Positions 63,513 through 64,000 of a DNA stretch of 64,000 bases are shown here, in pieces. The first letter of the stretch is position 1. Each line of letters starts with the position of its first letter. The stretch lies in the NCBI GenBank assembly GCA_052279835.1, contig CP181291.1, positions 320,001 through 384,000 on the forward strand. Direction: 5' to 3'. The position numbers and the translations under genes are program-made. The notes beneath the pieces are model-generated. The model saw only the letters and a program-made list of their open reading frames with translations, was not told the DNA's origin and made no database searches. This DNA comes from Microcoleus sp. Its GTDB lineage: Bacteria > Cyanobacteriota > Cyanobacteriia > Cyanobacteriales > Microcoleaceae.

Positions 63513-64000
63513 TTACTTAATGAACAGCATTTCCTGATAAGTAGGCAACGGCCACAACTCATCAGCAATTTCACCTTCTAAAGCATCCGCATACTGGCGA
63601 ACCTCATCCATCAAAGGACGAATTGTTTGCGAAGCATACTGCATATGCTCTTCTGTAGAAGCAAAATCATGATTGCTCAAAGCATCAGTCAACTTGCTAG
63701 TACAATCCATCATCGATTTAAGCAGGGTGGCTACCTTTTGGGCAGTTTCTTTATCTAAGTCAATGCCAATTTCTTTCAAACCAGCAATAGTGTTAGAAAG
63801 ATCCGACAAATAACTCACTGCTGCTGGATAAATCAGGGTTTTTGCCATGCTGACTACCAGTTTCGCTTCAACTTCAATAGCCAGCAAATACTGCTCTGCA
63901 TAGACATCGAAACGGCTTTCCAATTCAACAGGAGTCAACACACCTGTCTTTTCAAACAAATCTTCAATGTATTCTGCTTTCAACACGGGCAGAGCATCGG
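63513..64000 (-). CDS. glnN: Glutamine synthetase type III, 3' part (runs off window end)
   Basis: GVLTPVELESR...WPLPTYQEMLFIK. Confidence 0.9.
   Translation of the reverse strand, partial: DALPVLKAEYIEDLFEKTGVLTPVELESRFDVYAEQYLLAIEVEAKLVVSMAKTLIYPAAVSYLSDLSNTIAGLKEIGIDLDKETAQKVATLLKSMMDCTSKLTDALSNHDFASTEEHMQYASQTIRPLMDEVRQYADALEGEIADELWPLPTYQEMLFIK

Overview
64 kb of a filamentous cyanobacterial chromosome (Oscillatoriales/Microcoleus-like; inferred from dense HIP1 GCGATCGC sites, STRR heptamer repeats and ycf34). Four zones. (1) 1-15.4 kb: an accessory/stress region behind ppk2. It holds an AT-rich, HIP1-bracketed UG/Abi (DRT-like) reverse transcriptase gene split at codon 11 by an IS630, plus a 75-bp repeat array, gene scraps, HPF, a second ferrochelatase, a ZIP transporter, a MacAB-like exporter and cbpAM. 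(2) 15.5-23.5 kb: a 7.9-kb element integrated in tRNA-Gly(CCC) with 100-bp direct repeats. It carries a tyrosine integrase, a membrane-protein operon, a primase/DUF3987 replicase with an iteron origin inside its own gene, and an RHH-like gene with a strong -1 programmed frameshift signal that would add a coiled-coil tail. (3) 23.6-54 kb: mostly housekeeping genes, a PsrR1-like sRNA candidate, MITEs/REPs (some in-frame inside proteins) and two TPR-CHAT proteins. (4) 55-64 kb: an ADP-ribosylglycohydrolase split at codon 6 by a second copy of the IS630, a tandem duplication of a haemagglutinin-like gene with a divergent centre, and the 3' end of glnN. Four genes carry a single +1 base in a short homopolymer, which may be sequencing error. 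All family assignments are from motif recognition; no database search was run.
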